A stretch of DNA of 64,000 nucleotides, taken from NCBI GenBank assembly GCA_963668025.2, contig CAXXTH010000008.1, positions 76,229-140,228 of the forward strand, read 5' to 3'. This document shows, one piece after another, positions 11,301 through 19,474 of this stretch (within the stretch, counting starts at the first letter, position 1; the number at the start of each line of letters is the position of its first letter). A program made the position numbers and the translations under genes. The notes beneath the pieces were generated by a model, which ran no database searches, was not told the origin of the DNA, and saw only the letters and a list, made by a program, of their open reading frames with translations. The DNA comes from Candidatus Hydrogenedentota bacterium (GTDB taxonomy: Bacteria; Hydrogenedentota; Hydrogenedentia; Hydrogenedentales; SLHB01).

Positions 11301-14256
11301 CGTAGAGGCTGAGGGGCAAATGTATGGGCGGCTGGCCGGTTCCGTCATTTATGCAACGTCGCGTTATCGGCCAAACTCCGCCATCCTGGTTCGGAATAAG
11401 CGCGGCCAGTCGGGACTCTGGGGCTATGGAATCTCTGGCGATCTTCCCATCGTATTGGTGCGTATTCGTGAGCGGGAGAAGCTTGACCTGGTCCGCCAGG
11501 CTGTCCAGGCGCACGCCTATTGGCGGATGAAGGGGCTGAGTGTAGACCTCGTCATTTGGAATGAAGACAATTCAATTTATCGCGGGGAATTACACGACGC
11601 CATCATGGGCCTTATCGCGGCAAGTTCGGAGGCGGCGATGGTGGACAAGCCCGGCGGGGTGTTTCTGCGCCGGGGAGAACAGATCTCGGAAGAAGATCGG
11701 GTGCTCCTGGAGGCCGTGGCTCGAATCGTACTCGTGGACGATGCCGGGACGCTGCCGGAGCAAGTCGAGCGGCGCGGGCGGGTCCAGGCGCCAATGGCCA
11801 TTCTTAAACCGGCGCGTCGCCGGGCGAAAATGGAACCCGTGGAGACGCCTAAATATGACTTAACCTTCTTTAATGGCCTGGGTGGCTTCACACATGACGG
11901 CCGCGAATATATCACGATCCTGAAACCGGGCGAAAACACCCCCGCGCCTTGGGTTAATGTCATTGCAAACCCACAGTTCGGAACCATCGTGTCGGAGAGC
12001 GGGAGCGTCTACACGTGGGCCGGGAACAGCCATAACTTCCGTTTGACGCCCTGGAGCAATGATCCCGTCAGTGGCAGCGGCAGCGAAGCGATATACATCC
12101 GCGACGAAGAAAGCGGCTACGTCTGGTCTCCTTCTCCCTTGCCTGCCCGCGGGGCCACGGCGTATGTCGTCCGCCATGGTTTTGGCTACAGCATCTTTGA
12201 GTGCCAGGAAGATGGCGCTGCCAGCGAGCTAACCGTATATGTCGATCCGGATGCTCCCGTGAAGTTCGCGCGGCTTAAATTGACAAACCGCTCAGGACGG
12301 CTCCGCCGTTTCTCTGTAACCGCTTATTGGGAATTGGTGTTGGGAGAGTCAAGAGAAAAGACGCTCATGCATGTTGTCACGGAAATTGATCCGATAACGG
12401 GCGCTGTCTTTGCGAGAAATGCGTACAACATGGACTTCAGCGGACGGGTGGTTTTCGCAGCCACAAGCGAAACCACACGAACGATAACAACCGACCGTAC
12501 CGAGTTCCTTGGCCGCAACGGAACGCCTGCCAACCCAGCGGCCCTAAATCGGGTCCGTCTTTCCGGCCGCGTGGGAGCAGGACTCGATCCATGCGCGGCG
12601 ATACAAGCGCCGGTGGAGCTGGATGCCGGACAAGAAAAAGAAATCATTTTTATCTTTGGCGCCGCAGAGTCGGAAGATCAAGCAAGGCAGTTCATTCAAC
12701 AGATTCGGAGCGTCTCGGGAGCGCAACGGGCTCTGGAAGGCGTATGGAATTACTGGGGCCGCACATTGGGCGCGCTGTATGTGGAGACGCCTGATCCCGC
12801 GGTCAACTTCCTGGCCAACGGTTGGCTGATTTATCAAACCCTCTCGTGCCGTATGTGGGCGCGCACGGGATTCTACCAGTCAGGTGGAGCATATGGATTC
12901 CGTGACCAGTTGCAAGACGCCATGGCCCTCCTGTTCGCGGAACCTCTTATGCTGCGCGCGCATTTGCTTCGTGCCGCGGCGAGGCAGTTTCAAGAGGGTG
13001 ACGTCCAGCATTGGTGGCACACGCCATCGGGGCGCGGCGTGCGGACACACTGCTCGGATGACTTTTTATGGCTGCCGTACGCCACCTGCCGGTATGTAGC
13101 CGCCACGGGAGACACCGGCGTGCTGGATGAACCAGCGCCATTCCTCAACGGCCGCCTCCTGCATCCGGAGGAAGACTCCTGTTACGACCTTGCGCAAGTC
13201 TCGGATAAAGTCGAAACGCTCTACGAACACTGTGTGCGGGCAATCAACCACGGCCTGCGTTTCGGGCTCCACGGCCTGCCCCTGATGGGCGGCGGCGATT
13301 GGAACGATGGGATGAACCTCGTCGGAGAACAGGGAAAGGGCGAGAGCGTATGGCTGGGATTTTTCCTGTACGATGTTCTGATACGTTTCGCCGAACAAGC
13401 CCGCCCGCGTGGCGACAGCATGTTTGCGGACAAATGCCTGGCCGAGGCCGGACGCCTGCGCCTTCACATAGAAGATGCCGCCTGGGACGGGCAATGGTAC
13501 CTCCGGGCATTCTTCGACAATGGCGAACCGCTCGGTTCTGCGAAAAACACCGAGTGCCAAATCGACTCGATTCCACAAAGCTGGTCCGTGCTCTCCCGCG
13601 CGGGCGAGCGTGGCCGCACCCAGGCCGCAATGGACAGTGTCGACCGCCGGCTGGTGCGCCGGGACTCACAACTCGTGCAACTTTTTGCTCCTCCATTCGA
13701 TAAGTCGGAACTCAATCCAGGCTATATCAAGGGATATACCCCTGGCGTGCGGGAAAACGGCGGGCAATATACGCATGCCGCAATTTGGGCCGCGATGGCA
13801 TTTGCCGCGATGGGCGATTCCAAACGCGCATGGGAATTATTCTCCCTGCTCAATCCAATTGCCCACGGCGCATCATACGAGCACATGCTACTCTATAGAG
13901 TCGAGCCGTATGTGATGGCGGCTGACATTTATGCCGCGCCCCCTCACACGGGCCGTGGCGGATGGACATGGTACACCGGATCATCTGCTTGGATGTACCG
14001 CCTCATCATAGAATCCCTGCTCGGCTTACAATTACAATCCGATGTCCTTCAGTTTGCCCCTTGCCTCCCATCGGCGTGGCAAACATGCAATATGAACTAC
14101 CGCTACCGCGAGACCTTCTACCACATCACCATCCGTAACGCTGGCGGCGGAAAATCCGTTAAGCGAGTCGTGGTGGATGGTGCGGAACAACTTGAAAGGG
14201 CGGTGCATTTGATTGATGACCGCCATACGCATACAGTAGAAGTGGATGTCGATTGA
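5395..14256 (+). CDS. cyclic beta-1,2-glucan synthase-like protein (NdvB/ChvB/Cgs type: membrane GT84 domain plus C-terminal GH94 phosphorylase-like domain)
   Basis: Single 2953-aa ORF. Hallmark blocks are GYGIIQPRV, RWIRGDWQ, multiple TM segments, and a C-terminal GH94-like region (YQSGGAYGFRDQLQD, GGDWNDGMN, ENGGQYTHAA). The start is uncertain: GTG 5395 or ATG ~5479. Confidence 0.85.
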   Translation: MVGIDSLTGGKVAALLDTPPGIKHRLERLMNWHKTVGGDGQFPPSTDEQPLRAELYSVNQLEHHAKVLAGLHEIATVAALDRLIPRLEENERILIRTYDLLTDAVKTSRRIVPAAEWMLDNFYVIEEQIRTARLHFPPSYSKGLPRLAKGPVAGYPRVYSIAMELISHVDGNLDVESLNAFTASYQAIKPLTLGELWAVPIMLRLGLLENLRRVAVRLTASLRDRGLATEWAERMENVVEQNPSDLILVLADMARANPPLSSAFLAEFTRHLHGQSPHFAFALSWLEHRVSEQGLNIAHLVQMESQVQAVDQVSIGNTINSLRFLSLSDWREFVEGQSIVEQTLRSEPSGVYANMDFATRDLYRHAVEEIAKRSKRPENEIAQQAIGLAMEASTGPHNNRKEHVGYYLIDKGRKTLEQAAGVRWSPRGVLGKGIRRYPLFFYLSSIFVWTACIMAGLIAWADHGGLPAWILALLVAPVLVSVSQFAVSIANWLVTIYIGPQPLPRMDFRHGIPPEHRTIAAVPTMLLNAAATDALLEQLEIRYLANSAPNLHFALLTDLADAPQAVMPEDEGLVRQAREGIASLNRKYEHDRPDIFYLFHRPRRWNEPDRVWMGYERKRGKLKEFNALLRGGSKDCFQEIVGECSVLPQVRYVITLDTDTELPRDAARKLVEAISHPLNRPVFDKEQKRIIDGYGIIQPRVGISLPSASRSWYVRLLAADAGVDPYTRAVSDIYQDLFGEGSFIGKGIYDVGALHQACACLPDNAILSHDLLEGAYARSALLSDVEVYEDHPYRYFTDVSRRRRWIRGDWQIAWWLLPRVPGQYAKWSPNPISALSKWKIADNLRRSLVPPAMLMLLVFAWLLPWLWLSAGATLLVIAILVIPTLLSAAGGIVHKPRDLPWWMHFHALAPGIFRQMGQVLFVLALVPYDAYISLDSITRTLVRVLWKRRKLLEWTTSSDAAFAVRTDLRGHFRAMWMEPVAAMIVLILIILVRQESLPASAPFLGVWLVSPAIAWWLSRPIPAREPKLSEGQIVFLRKLARRTWEYFEVFVTPQENWLPPDNYQEHPVISIASRTSPTNIGMALLANLSAYDFGYCSTTRMLERTENTLATMSRLEKYRGHFYNWYDTHSLNILAPRYISTIDSGNLAGHLLVLRSGLLELVDTKILPPRMFNGVQDTVRVLFDEVNDFIDGMGPDSNVAPAREALRKIEQIEAELKSRPSTLRDSMLLLQRLSAQASDLGQINGLNGESQKWAQALERCITGHLGDMAFIAPWALLPLAPEEFWQGNSPERITGINELRESLERLEEVPTLRQVAAIKLSLLPLLDAILAGFHATNRGSATPPKDLKACAWLASLRCAFVDASQNALERIRALEAAAERCHELSAMDFTFLFDKSRDLLSIGYNAGDHNLDKGYYDLLASEARLASFYAISQGQLGQEHWFALGRLLTASRSATALLSWSGSIFEYLMPLLVMPTYENTLLNQTYKAVVQRQIEYGKQRGTPWGISESGFNAWDVHLNYQYRAFGVPGLGLKRGLAEDLVVAPYASVMALMVEPEAACRNLERLVAEKRQGRYGFYEAIDYTTSRLPLGVNSATVRSFMTHHEGMSLLSLEYLLLDRPMQRRFLADPALQATDLLLQERIPKTTGLIFPHEIEASATRMASAETEGTVRVFTDPGSPVPEVHLLSNGRYHVMVSSAGGGYSRWRDLALTRWREDPTRDCWGSFCYVRDLYSGRFWSIGYQPTLQASKSYEVIFAQGKAEFRRRDDDIETHTEISVSPEDDIELRRITITNHSDRPRIIELTSYAEVVLAPDGQDVAHPAFSNLFVQTELVRARQAILCTRRPRSAEEKPPWMVHLMTLQGEARGEISFETDRMKFVGRGRVLSWPAAMASSGPLSNSVGSVLDPVASIRHTVSIQPNEKARIDLVTGIAETREAAMALVDKYDDPRLADRVFELAWTHSNAELQHLNSVEAEGQMYGRLAGSVIYATSRYRPNSAILVRNKRGQSGLWGYGISGDLPIVLVRIREREKLDLVRQAVQAHAYWRMKGLSVDLVIWNEDNSIYRGELHDAIMGLIAASSEAAMVDKPGGVFLRRGEQISEEDRVLLEAVARIVLVDDAGTLPEQVERRGRVQAPMAILKPARRRAKMEPVETPKYDLTFFNGLGGFTHDGREYITILKPGENTPAPWVNVIANPQFGTIVSESGSVYTWAGNSHNFRLTPWSNDPVSGSGSEAIYIRDEESGYVWSPSPLPARGATAYVVRHGFGYSIFECQEDGAASELTVYVDPDAPVKFARLKLTNRSGRLRRFSVTAYWELVLGESREKTLMHVVTEIDPITGAVFARNAYNMDFSGRVVFAATSETTRTITTDRTEFLGRNGTPANPAALNRVRLSGRVGAGLDPCAAIQAPVELDAGQEKEIIFIFGAAESEDQARQFIQQIRSVSGAQRALEGVWNYWGRTLGALYVETPDPAVNFLANGWLIYQTLSCRMWARTGFYQSGGAYGFRDQLQDAMALLFAEPLMLRAHLLRAAARQFQEGDVQHWWHTPSGRGVRTHCSDDFLWLPYATCRYVAATGDTGVLDEPAPFLNGRLLHPEEDSCYDLAQVSDKVETLYEHCVRAINHGLRFGLHGLPLMGGGDWNDGMNLVGEQGKGESVWLGFFLYDVLIRFAEQARPRGDSMFADKCLAEAGRLRLHIEDAAWDGQWYLRAFFDNGEPLGSAKNTECQIDSIPQSWSVLSRAGERGRTQAAMDSVDRRLVRRDSQLVQLFAPPFDKSELNPGYIKGYTPGVRENGGQYTHAAIWAAMAFAAMGDSKRAWELFSLLNPIAHGASYEHMLLYRVEPYVMAADIYAAPPHTGRGGWTWYTGSSAWMYRLIIESLLGLQLQSDVLQFAPCLPSAWQTCNMNYRYRETFYHITIRNAGGGKSVKRVVVDGAEQLERAVHLIDDRHTHTVEVDVD

Positions 14257-14281
14257 GGGCCATTGCCATCCTTGAGAGTTT

Positions 14282-14406
14282 AGGAGGCGCGTCAAAATAA
14301 CTTGACTATTTTTTCGCATTCAACGCAATTTTCATGGCGATAGGAATTACCGTTTCCTTTCCGAGTGGTGGGAGAAAATCGGTAAGTTATTTTGACGCGA
14401 CTCCTT
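14282..14406. repeat. inverted-repeat pair (arms ~23 nt, 22/23 complementary) flanking ~80 nt
   Basis: aggaggcgcgtcaaaataactt (14282-14303) versus aagttattttgacgcgactcct (14384-14405). Confidence 0.8.
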
Positions 14407-14435
14407 AGCTCAATCAAGCAAGACTGGAGGCGGTT

Positions 14436-16160
14436 ATGGGCATGTGTAAAAGAAACTTTGCGCTGATAAGCATCATGGTTTCCTTGATACTGTTAGTTCA
14501 GTTAGCTGGTTGCATACTCTGGCCGATCTCCAATACTGTTTTTACGACAGCCCAACAGCAGATCCTCCCCATCGGGCTATCGGCAGGCACGCCGCAGATT
14601 AATCCGGCCGACATACCGCTCTACGAGCAATACGGTTACAGCGCTTGGCAGGCAGGGGACGGCCTGCCTTACGAGATGCGGGCTGAACTTGCGCCTGGCT
14701 ATAATGGCGCATCCAATGAGGCGCGTCTTTTATCATTCTTTACCATCACCGATATTCATATCGCCGACAAGGAATCCCCGGCGCAGCCGCTCTATGTCGG
14801 CTGGAGTGCATTGTATGGCGCTCCCACTTCTTGTGGGTCGGCCTATTCACCGGTCATACTCTCAACGACCCACGTCCTTGACGCCGCCATCCAGACGGTC
14901 AATGCGTTACACAAACAATCGCCGTTTGATTTCGGCATCTCTCTCGGCGATGGCATCAACAATAACCAATATAACGAACTGAGATGGTTCATAGATGTCC
15001 TTGACGGAAAGGTCATCACCCCCAGTTCCGGTGCTCATGACGGAGCCTGCGCCATCGATTATCAAAAACCATTCAAGGCCGCCGGGCTCGACAAGGCGAT
15101 CCCCTGGTATCAGGTGCTTGGCAACCATGATCAGTTTTGGATGGGTTCGGCCTATGAGAATATAAAAACCATGCAGGCGCATATCGGGAATACCATTCTC
15201 AATATGAAAAATGCCCAGGATCCATCGGAGGGAGGCGTAAATTCATACGGCGCTTATATGGGCGTAGTCGATGGCTCGACGCCGTACGGGGATGTCATTA
15301 AGGCCGGGCCCGAGGAGAACTTTTCCATACCCCCAACGGTCATTGCCGATCCAAACCGCTACGCCCTTGCGACGAGTGCGTCCACAAGCTTGAATTGGAT
15401 GAAGGAATTCTTCACGACCACCTCGAATCCCGTTGGCCACGGATTCACCCAGGCCAGCCTTGACAACGATTTTGCCTGCTATAGCTTCGAGCCGAAGTCG
15501 GATATGCCAATCAAGGTTATCGTGCTCGACGATACCGTCAAAGGCGCTGGCCAGCCCAATTATGCGCGCGCTGCGCTCGACCAGACCCGGCTCGACTGGC
15601 TCACCGGCGAGCTCCAGATGGGCCAGGACGAAGGCAAGCTCATGATTATCGCGGCGCATATCCCGATCCATCCACAAAAAACCTTCGATCTGAACTCCGG
15701 GAACTATCTTTTATTCTCCAGCACCTCGATCATTGACGATCTTTCGCTGCTTAACATCCTCCACAACTATCCGAATCTGATCTTGTGGATATCGGGACAC
15801 CGTCACGTAAACGTCGTTACCGCCCAGCCGTCATCCGATGCAGCACATCCTGAACAAGGCTTCTGGGAGGTCGAAACGGCATCGCTGCGCGATTTTCCCC
15901 AGCAGTTCCGCACCTTCGACATCCGCCGCAACAGCGATAATACCATTTCAATCATTGTGACCAATGTTGATCCCGCTGTCGCCGAAGGATCGCCCGCCGC
16001 AAAATCGAGGGGATATGCAATCGGCATCTCGCGCATAATTGGCGCTACGCCCGACACCATCGCGGATACCACTTCCCATGCGTACAATGCCGAGCTTGTG
16101 AAACAATTGACCCCCGAAATGCAGGCCGTTATCGCCAATTTCGGATCGCCAATCGAATAG
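14436..16160 (+). CDS. calcineurin-like metallophosphoesterase, probable lipoprotein
   Basis: GGAGG RBS and a LAGC lipobox. Metallophosphoesterase motifs are ITDIHIAD, LGDGINN, VLGNHD, AAHIPI and SGHRHVN. Confidence 0.8.
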   Translation: MGMCKRNFALISIMVSLILLVQLAGCILWPISNTVFTTAQQQILPIGLSAGTPQINPADIPLYEQYGYSAWQAGDGLPYEMRAELAPGYNGASNEARLLSFFTITDIHIADKESPAQPLYVGWSALYGAPTSCGSAYSPVILSTTHVLDAAIQTVNALHKQSPFDFGISLGDGINNNQYNELRWFIDVLDGKVITPSSGAHDGACAIDYQKPFKAAGLDKAIPWYQVLGNHDQFWMGSAYENIKTMQAHIGNTILNMKNAQDPSEGGVNSYGAYMGVVDGSTPYGDVIKAGPEENFSIPPTVIADPNRYALATSASTSLNWMKEFFTTTSNPVGHGFTQASLDNDFACYSFEPKSDMPIKVIVLDDTVKGAGQPNYARAALDQTRLDWLTGELQMGQDEGKLMIIAAHIPIHPQKTFDLNSGNYLLFSSTSIIDDLSLLNILHNYPNLILWISGHRHVNVVTAQPSSDAAHPEQGFWEVETASLRDFPQQFRTFDIRRNSDNTISIIVTNVDPAVAEGSPAAKSRGYAIGISRIIGATPDTIADTTSHAYNAELVKQLTPEMQAVIANFGSPIE

Positions 16161-16306
16161 GCTTTAGACTATCAAGTGTTTGGGACCAGGCGAATAGATA
16201 ATAAAATGGTCAGTGGGCGAACAATAGATAAAAGGAGAGTATTTGCACTGTTTTGAGAGGGGTGAGTGGCTTGTAAGTCGTTTTATACAGACGCTTTGTA
16301 AAATGA

Positions 16307-16382
16307 TGGCAGCCCGTAGGGGAGTCGAACCCCTCTGACAGGACTGAGAATCCTGCATCCTGAACCACTAGATGAACGGGCC
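16307..16382 (-). tRNA. tRNA-Glu (anticodon CUC), CCA encoded
   Basis: Reverse complement is GGCCCGT TC ATC TAGTGGTTCAG GAT G CAGGA TTCTCAG TCCTG TCAG AGGGG TTCGACT CCCCT ACGGGCT G CCA. This folds by hand into a full cloverleaf. Confidence 0.9.
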
Positions 16383-16497
16383 GCATGTATTGCCTGGACG
16401 CAACGTCCAGTGCGGAGATACTATAAAGAACCCTATAGATAAAATCAAGCAACTGAAAATATTTTCTCATAAGACTTCCCGCACGGCAAAACATACA

Positions 16498-16526
16498 TTG
16501 ACAGCAAGTGTCTACCGCGCTATTCT
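16498..16526 (+). promoter_or_regulatory. possible sigma70-type promoter (TTGACA - 17 nt - TATTCT) upstream of the HDOD gene
   Basis: Hexamers and spacing were read directly from the sequence. No other support. Confidence 0.3.
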
Positions 16527-16593
16527 AGCGTTGCACCGTTAATTGCATGCATGGCAAAGCAGGCTATGCTGCCGACGAACAGGAGGTTGTCAT

Positions 16594-17472
16594 ATGCCTA
16601 GGTTTCGAAGGGATACGGTACAAAAGCGAGTGTTGGCGGTAGAAGAATTAGCGACTCTTCCCGCTTCGCTTGCCCGCATTTTAGCTATCACGCAAGACCC
16701 AAATTCGACCTCCTTGGATTTGGCCGCCGAAATCGCGAAAGATCCCGCTCTCACGGCTAAAGTCTTGCGAACCGTTAACTCGAGTTTCTACGGCTTTCAA
16801 CGCCGCATCCAAACAGTCTCCGATTCAGTCGTTTTGCTGGGCTACACCGAAGTCGAGCGCCTTGCCTTGGCCATTTCGGTCATAAATCTGTTTGGCGGCG
16901 AACTGCTCCGTGCTCGATTCCTGCACCAGCTTTGGCGGCATAGTTTCGTGGCCAGCATAGCCGCGGATATCGTCGCGGAGGCCTATATGCCAGGCATTCC
17001 AGAACTCAGCGGCGCGCATGTGGCCGCGCTTTTACATGATATTGGCAAAGCGGTCCTCGCGCAATGCATCCCGGAAGCGGCTCCCGCGATTGCCCAGCTC
17101 ATGGATAATAGCGGGCTTAGCTGTTTGGAGGCGGAAGCCCAGATCTTGGATGGTTTCACCCATTGCGAAGTAGGCGCATGGGTGGCGGAACGCTGGTCAT
17201 TGCCGGTTTCCATCATCGAATGCATATTGCTCCATCACGCGCCAGATCAAGCAACAGAAGAGCATCCTATGCTCCATGCCACGCATGTAGCCAATGCGGT
17301 GTGTTACGAATTGGGCGTTCCCGCGATAACGGAGCTGGCCGAGCCACCAGCCGTATGTCCCCGTTCCTTTGAATACTTGCACGTGGATGGCGCGTTCACG
17401 TCCCGGGTGGAGGAACGTATTCAAAAGCGGCGGGATCTCATTAGCATGATTACGACCGGCGTGGCTATTTAG
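16594..17472 (+). CDS. HDOD domain protein
   Basis: AGGAGG RBS precedes ATG 16594. HDOD-type blocks are LPASLARIL..DPNSTSLDLAAEIAKDPALTAKVLRTVNSSFYG, LLHDIGK and HHAPD. Confidence 0.8.
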   Translation: MPRFRRDTVQKRVLAVEELATLPASLARILAITQDPNSTSLDLAAEIAKDPALTAKVLRTVNSSFYGFQRRIQTVSDSVVLLGYTEVERLALAISVINLFGGELLRARFLHQLWRHSFVASIAADIVAEAYMPGIPELSGAHVAALLHDIGKAVLAQCIPEAAPAIAQLMDNSGLSCLEAEAQILDGFTHCEVGAWVAERWSLPVSIIECILLHHAPDQATEEHPMLHATHVANAVCYELGVPAITELAEPPAVCPRSFEYLHVDGAFTSRVEERIQKRRDLISMITTGVAI

Positions 17473-17594
17473 TGATGCCGCCTATTCTTGCGCTCTAGCC
17501 AATTTGGAAATCCCTGCTTACTTCGGTAAAGTGTAGCTCCGTTGGAGCGCTCATGTGCTGATGTATGGTGGCAACTAGGGATTTGAGAGTTGGC

Positions 17595-18422
17595 ATGAAG
17601 AAAAAACCTGAAAATGAAATAGCTCGCTATGCTCAAAAAGCGTACAATAACCACGAATTCTTGAACAGCCCGGATGCGCGCACCGTACGCGTCCTATGTG
17701 AATTCATCGAACCAGGCTCCCGATTCCGGAAGTTTCACGTATACAATACAATATGCTTCTTCGGCTCCGCCCGCGCCCAGACGCCCCATGTGGCCCGCCA
17801 CGCCTTCGATGTAGCGGAACAGCTCAATGCCGAAAGCCCGTCACCAGAAAACGCCCTCCAGTTGGAACGCGCACGTTATGGCATTCGGCTGGCTAGGTAT
17901 TATCAAGACGCGATGGATTTATCGAAGCGTTTATGCGAATGGTCTATGGCTATCGACAAGCCGCAACGGCGCTTCCATATTTGTTCAGGCGGCGGGCCAG
18001 GCATTATGGAAGCAGCCAATCGGGGGGCGAGCCTAGCTGGTGCGCCCAGCATTGGCCTCAATATCAGCTTGCCCTTCGAACAGAAGCCAAACCCATATCA
18101 AACGCCTGAGCTGGCGCTCGAGTTTCATTATTTCTTTGTACGCAAATTCTGGTTTGTCTATCTTTCCAAAGCTTTAGTGGCCTTTCCCGGCGGTTTTGGC
18201 ACCTTCGATGAATTGTTCGAGCTATTAACGCTTGTTCAGACGAAAAAAGCCGGCAAAACGGTCCCCGTGGTGCTGTATGGCGCGGAGTTTTGGAATGAAG
18301 TAATGAATTTCGAGGCGTTGAAGAAATGGGGCGTCATTAATCCAGCCGATCTCGGGCTGTTCCATGTCTGTGATGATGTGGAGTGCGCATTCCAATTCTT
18401 GACGGAGCATCTGGCGCAATAG
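17595..18422 (+). CDS. LOG-family (TIGR00730-like) Rossmann-fold nucleotide-binding protein
   Basis: Contains GGGPGIMEAANRGA and PGGFGTFDELFE motifs. The start could be 17565 or 17595. Confidence 0.8.
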   Translation: MKKKPENEIARYAQKAYNNHEFLNSPDARTVRVLCEFIEPGSRFRKFHVYNTICFFGSARAQTPHVARHAFDVAEQLNAESPSPENALQLERARYGIRLARYYQDAMDLSKRLCEWSMAIDKPQRRFHICSGGGPGIMEAANRGASLAGAPSIGLNISLPFEQKPNPYQTPELALEFHYFFVRKFWFVYLSKALVAFPGGFGTFDELFELLTLVQTKKAGKTVPVVLYGAEFWNEVMNFEALKKWGVINPADLGLFHVCDDVECAFQFLTEHLAQ

Positions 18423-18523
18423 GAAGCGGCATGGATGGCCTGATTTCGATGACACAGCGGCATCTTTGCTTGGATGCCAGTGGCCCCGGCAATCAAGCAA
18501 GATTTCATCTGTGCCCGCCGCGT

Positions 18524-19462
18524 TTAGTCCCGTTTCACGACCGTGGTTTTTGCCGCGGCGCGCAGTTTGGGGAGGAGCACCTGCTCGATGACTTGGGGCC
18601 CCTTATACAGCGTGAGTTCCTCTTTATCAATGACATCCACCGCGCCCGAGTCCATCACTTTCTGGCGCATGACGCTGCCCCGCTGGGCAATGGTCGAGAC
18701 GATCACTGTGGGGATGGGCTTGTAGCGCATGATTTTTTGCAGGAATGTATGGCCATCCATCTTAGGCATGATGATGTCCAGGCACAGCACATCGGGATCT
18801 AGCTCGAGGATAAGCTCCCGGGCCTGATATGGGTCCGCCGCTTCCCCCAGCACTTCCATGTCTTGGGAGCGCTCGATGCCTTGGCGCAAGACCGCCCGCA
18901 CCGTGCTTGAATCGTCGATGATAAGCACCCCTATCTTGCGCTGCTGGAATTTGGAGATGCGCTGGGCGCGTTCCTGATTGGCGGCCATGGGATTGATGGG
19001 GCGCACCTGGATCTCGTTCGTGGCCGTATTCATGGCGATTTTACGGCCCTTTTGCTCGCCAACCTCCTCCCGCATAATACGAATGCCCATCTTGCCAAGC
19101 TGTTCGCGGGCTACGGCGATATTGCGCGTGCCGACTTGCTGGCCGCCCTCGAGCGACTGCACCGCGGATAAATGGCCGATGACCTGGCCGCCGCCGTAAA
19201 TGCTGGCTACAAGGCTTCCAGGCTGCGAACCTGCTTTCAACGCAAGTTTCACAAGCGTCTGAATGGCGAAATCGCCATATTTACTGGGCGATAGTCCACC
19301 TTCCTTCTTGTACGGCAGCATGTAGTGGTTCATTCCGCCCCATCGTTTATGGATGTCATGCAGGCACACGGCCACGCACGAACCAAGAAGCGTACTGACA
19401 TCGGTTTCTTCTCGTTCAAAAGCATATTCGCCTGGAAGCAAAAAGACTTTACGTTCCGCCAT
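18524..19462 (-). CDS. CheD (receptor glutamine deamidase) fused to a C-terminal CheB-type receiver domain
   Basis: The N-terminal half is LLPGEYAF..TLLGSCVAVCLHD..GGMNHYMLP (CheD). The C-terminal half is IGVLIIDDSSTVRAVL..EVLGEAADPYQAREL..PDVLCLDIIMPKMDGHTFL..PTVIVST (like the CheB REC domain). No methylesterase domain is present. Confidence 0.8.
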   Translation of the reverse strand: MAERKVFLLPGEYAFEREETDVSTLLGSCVAVCLHDIHKRWGGMNHYMLPYKKEGGLSPSKYGDFAIQTLVKLALKAGSQPGSLVASIYGGGQVIGHLSAVQSLEGGQQVGTRNIAVAREQLGKMGIRIMREEVGEQKGRKIAMNTATNEIQVRPINPMAANQERAQRISKFQQRKIGVLIIDDSSTVRAVLRQGIERSQDMEVLGEAADPYQARELILELDPDVLCLDIIMPKMDGHTFLQKIMRYKPIPTVIVSTIAQRGSVMRQKVMDSGAVDVIDKEELTLYKGPQVIEQVLLPKLRAAAKTTVVKRD

Positions 19463-19474
19463 ACAACGCTCCTC

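Noticed and set aside
16164-16494. ORFs 16164-16358(-) and 16210-16494(-), and integrase or island signals next to tRNA-Glu and tRNA-Gly
   Set aside because: The ORFs overlap the tRNA gene itself and have no coding features. No integrase, direct repeat of the tRNA 3' end, or phage-like genes are present beside either tRNA.
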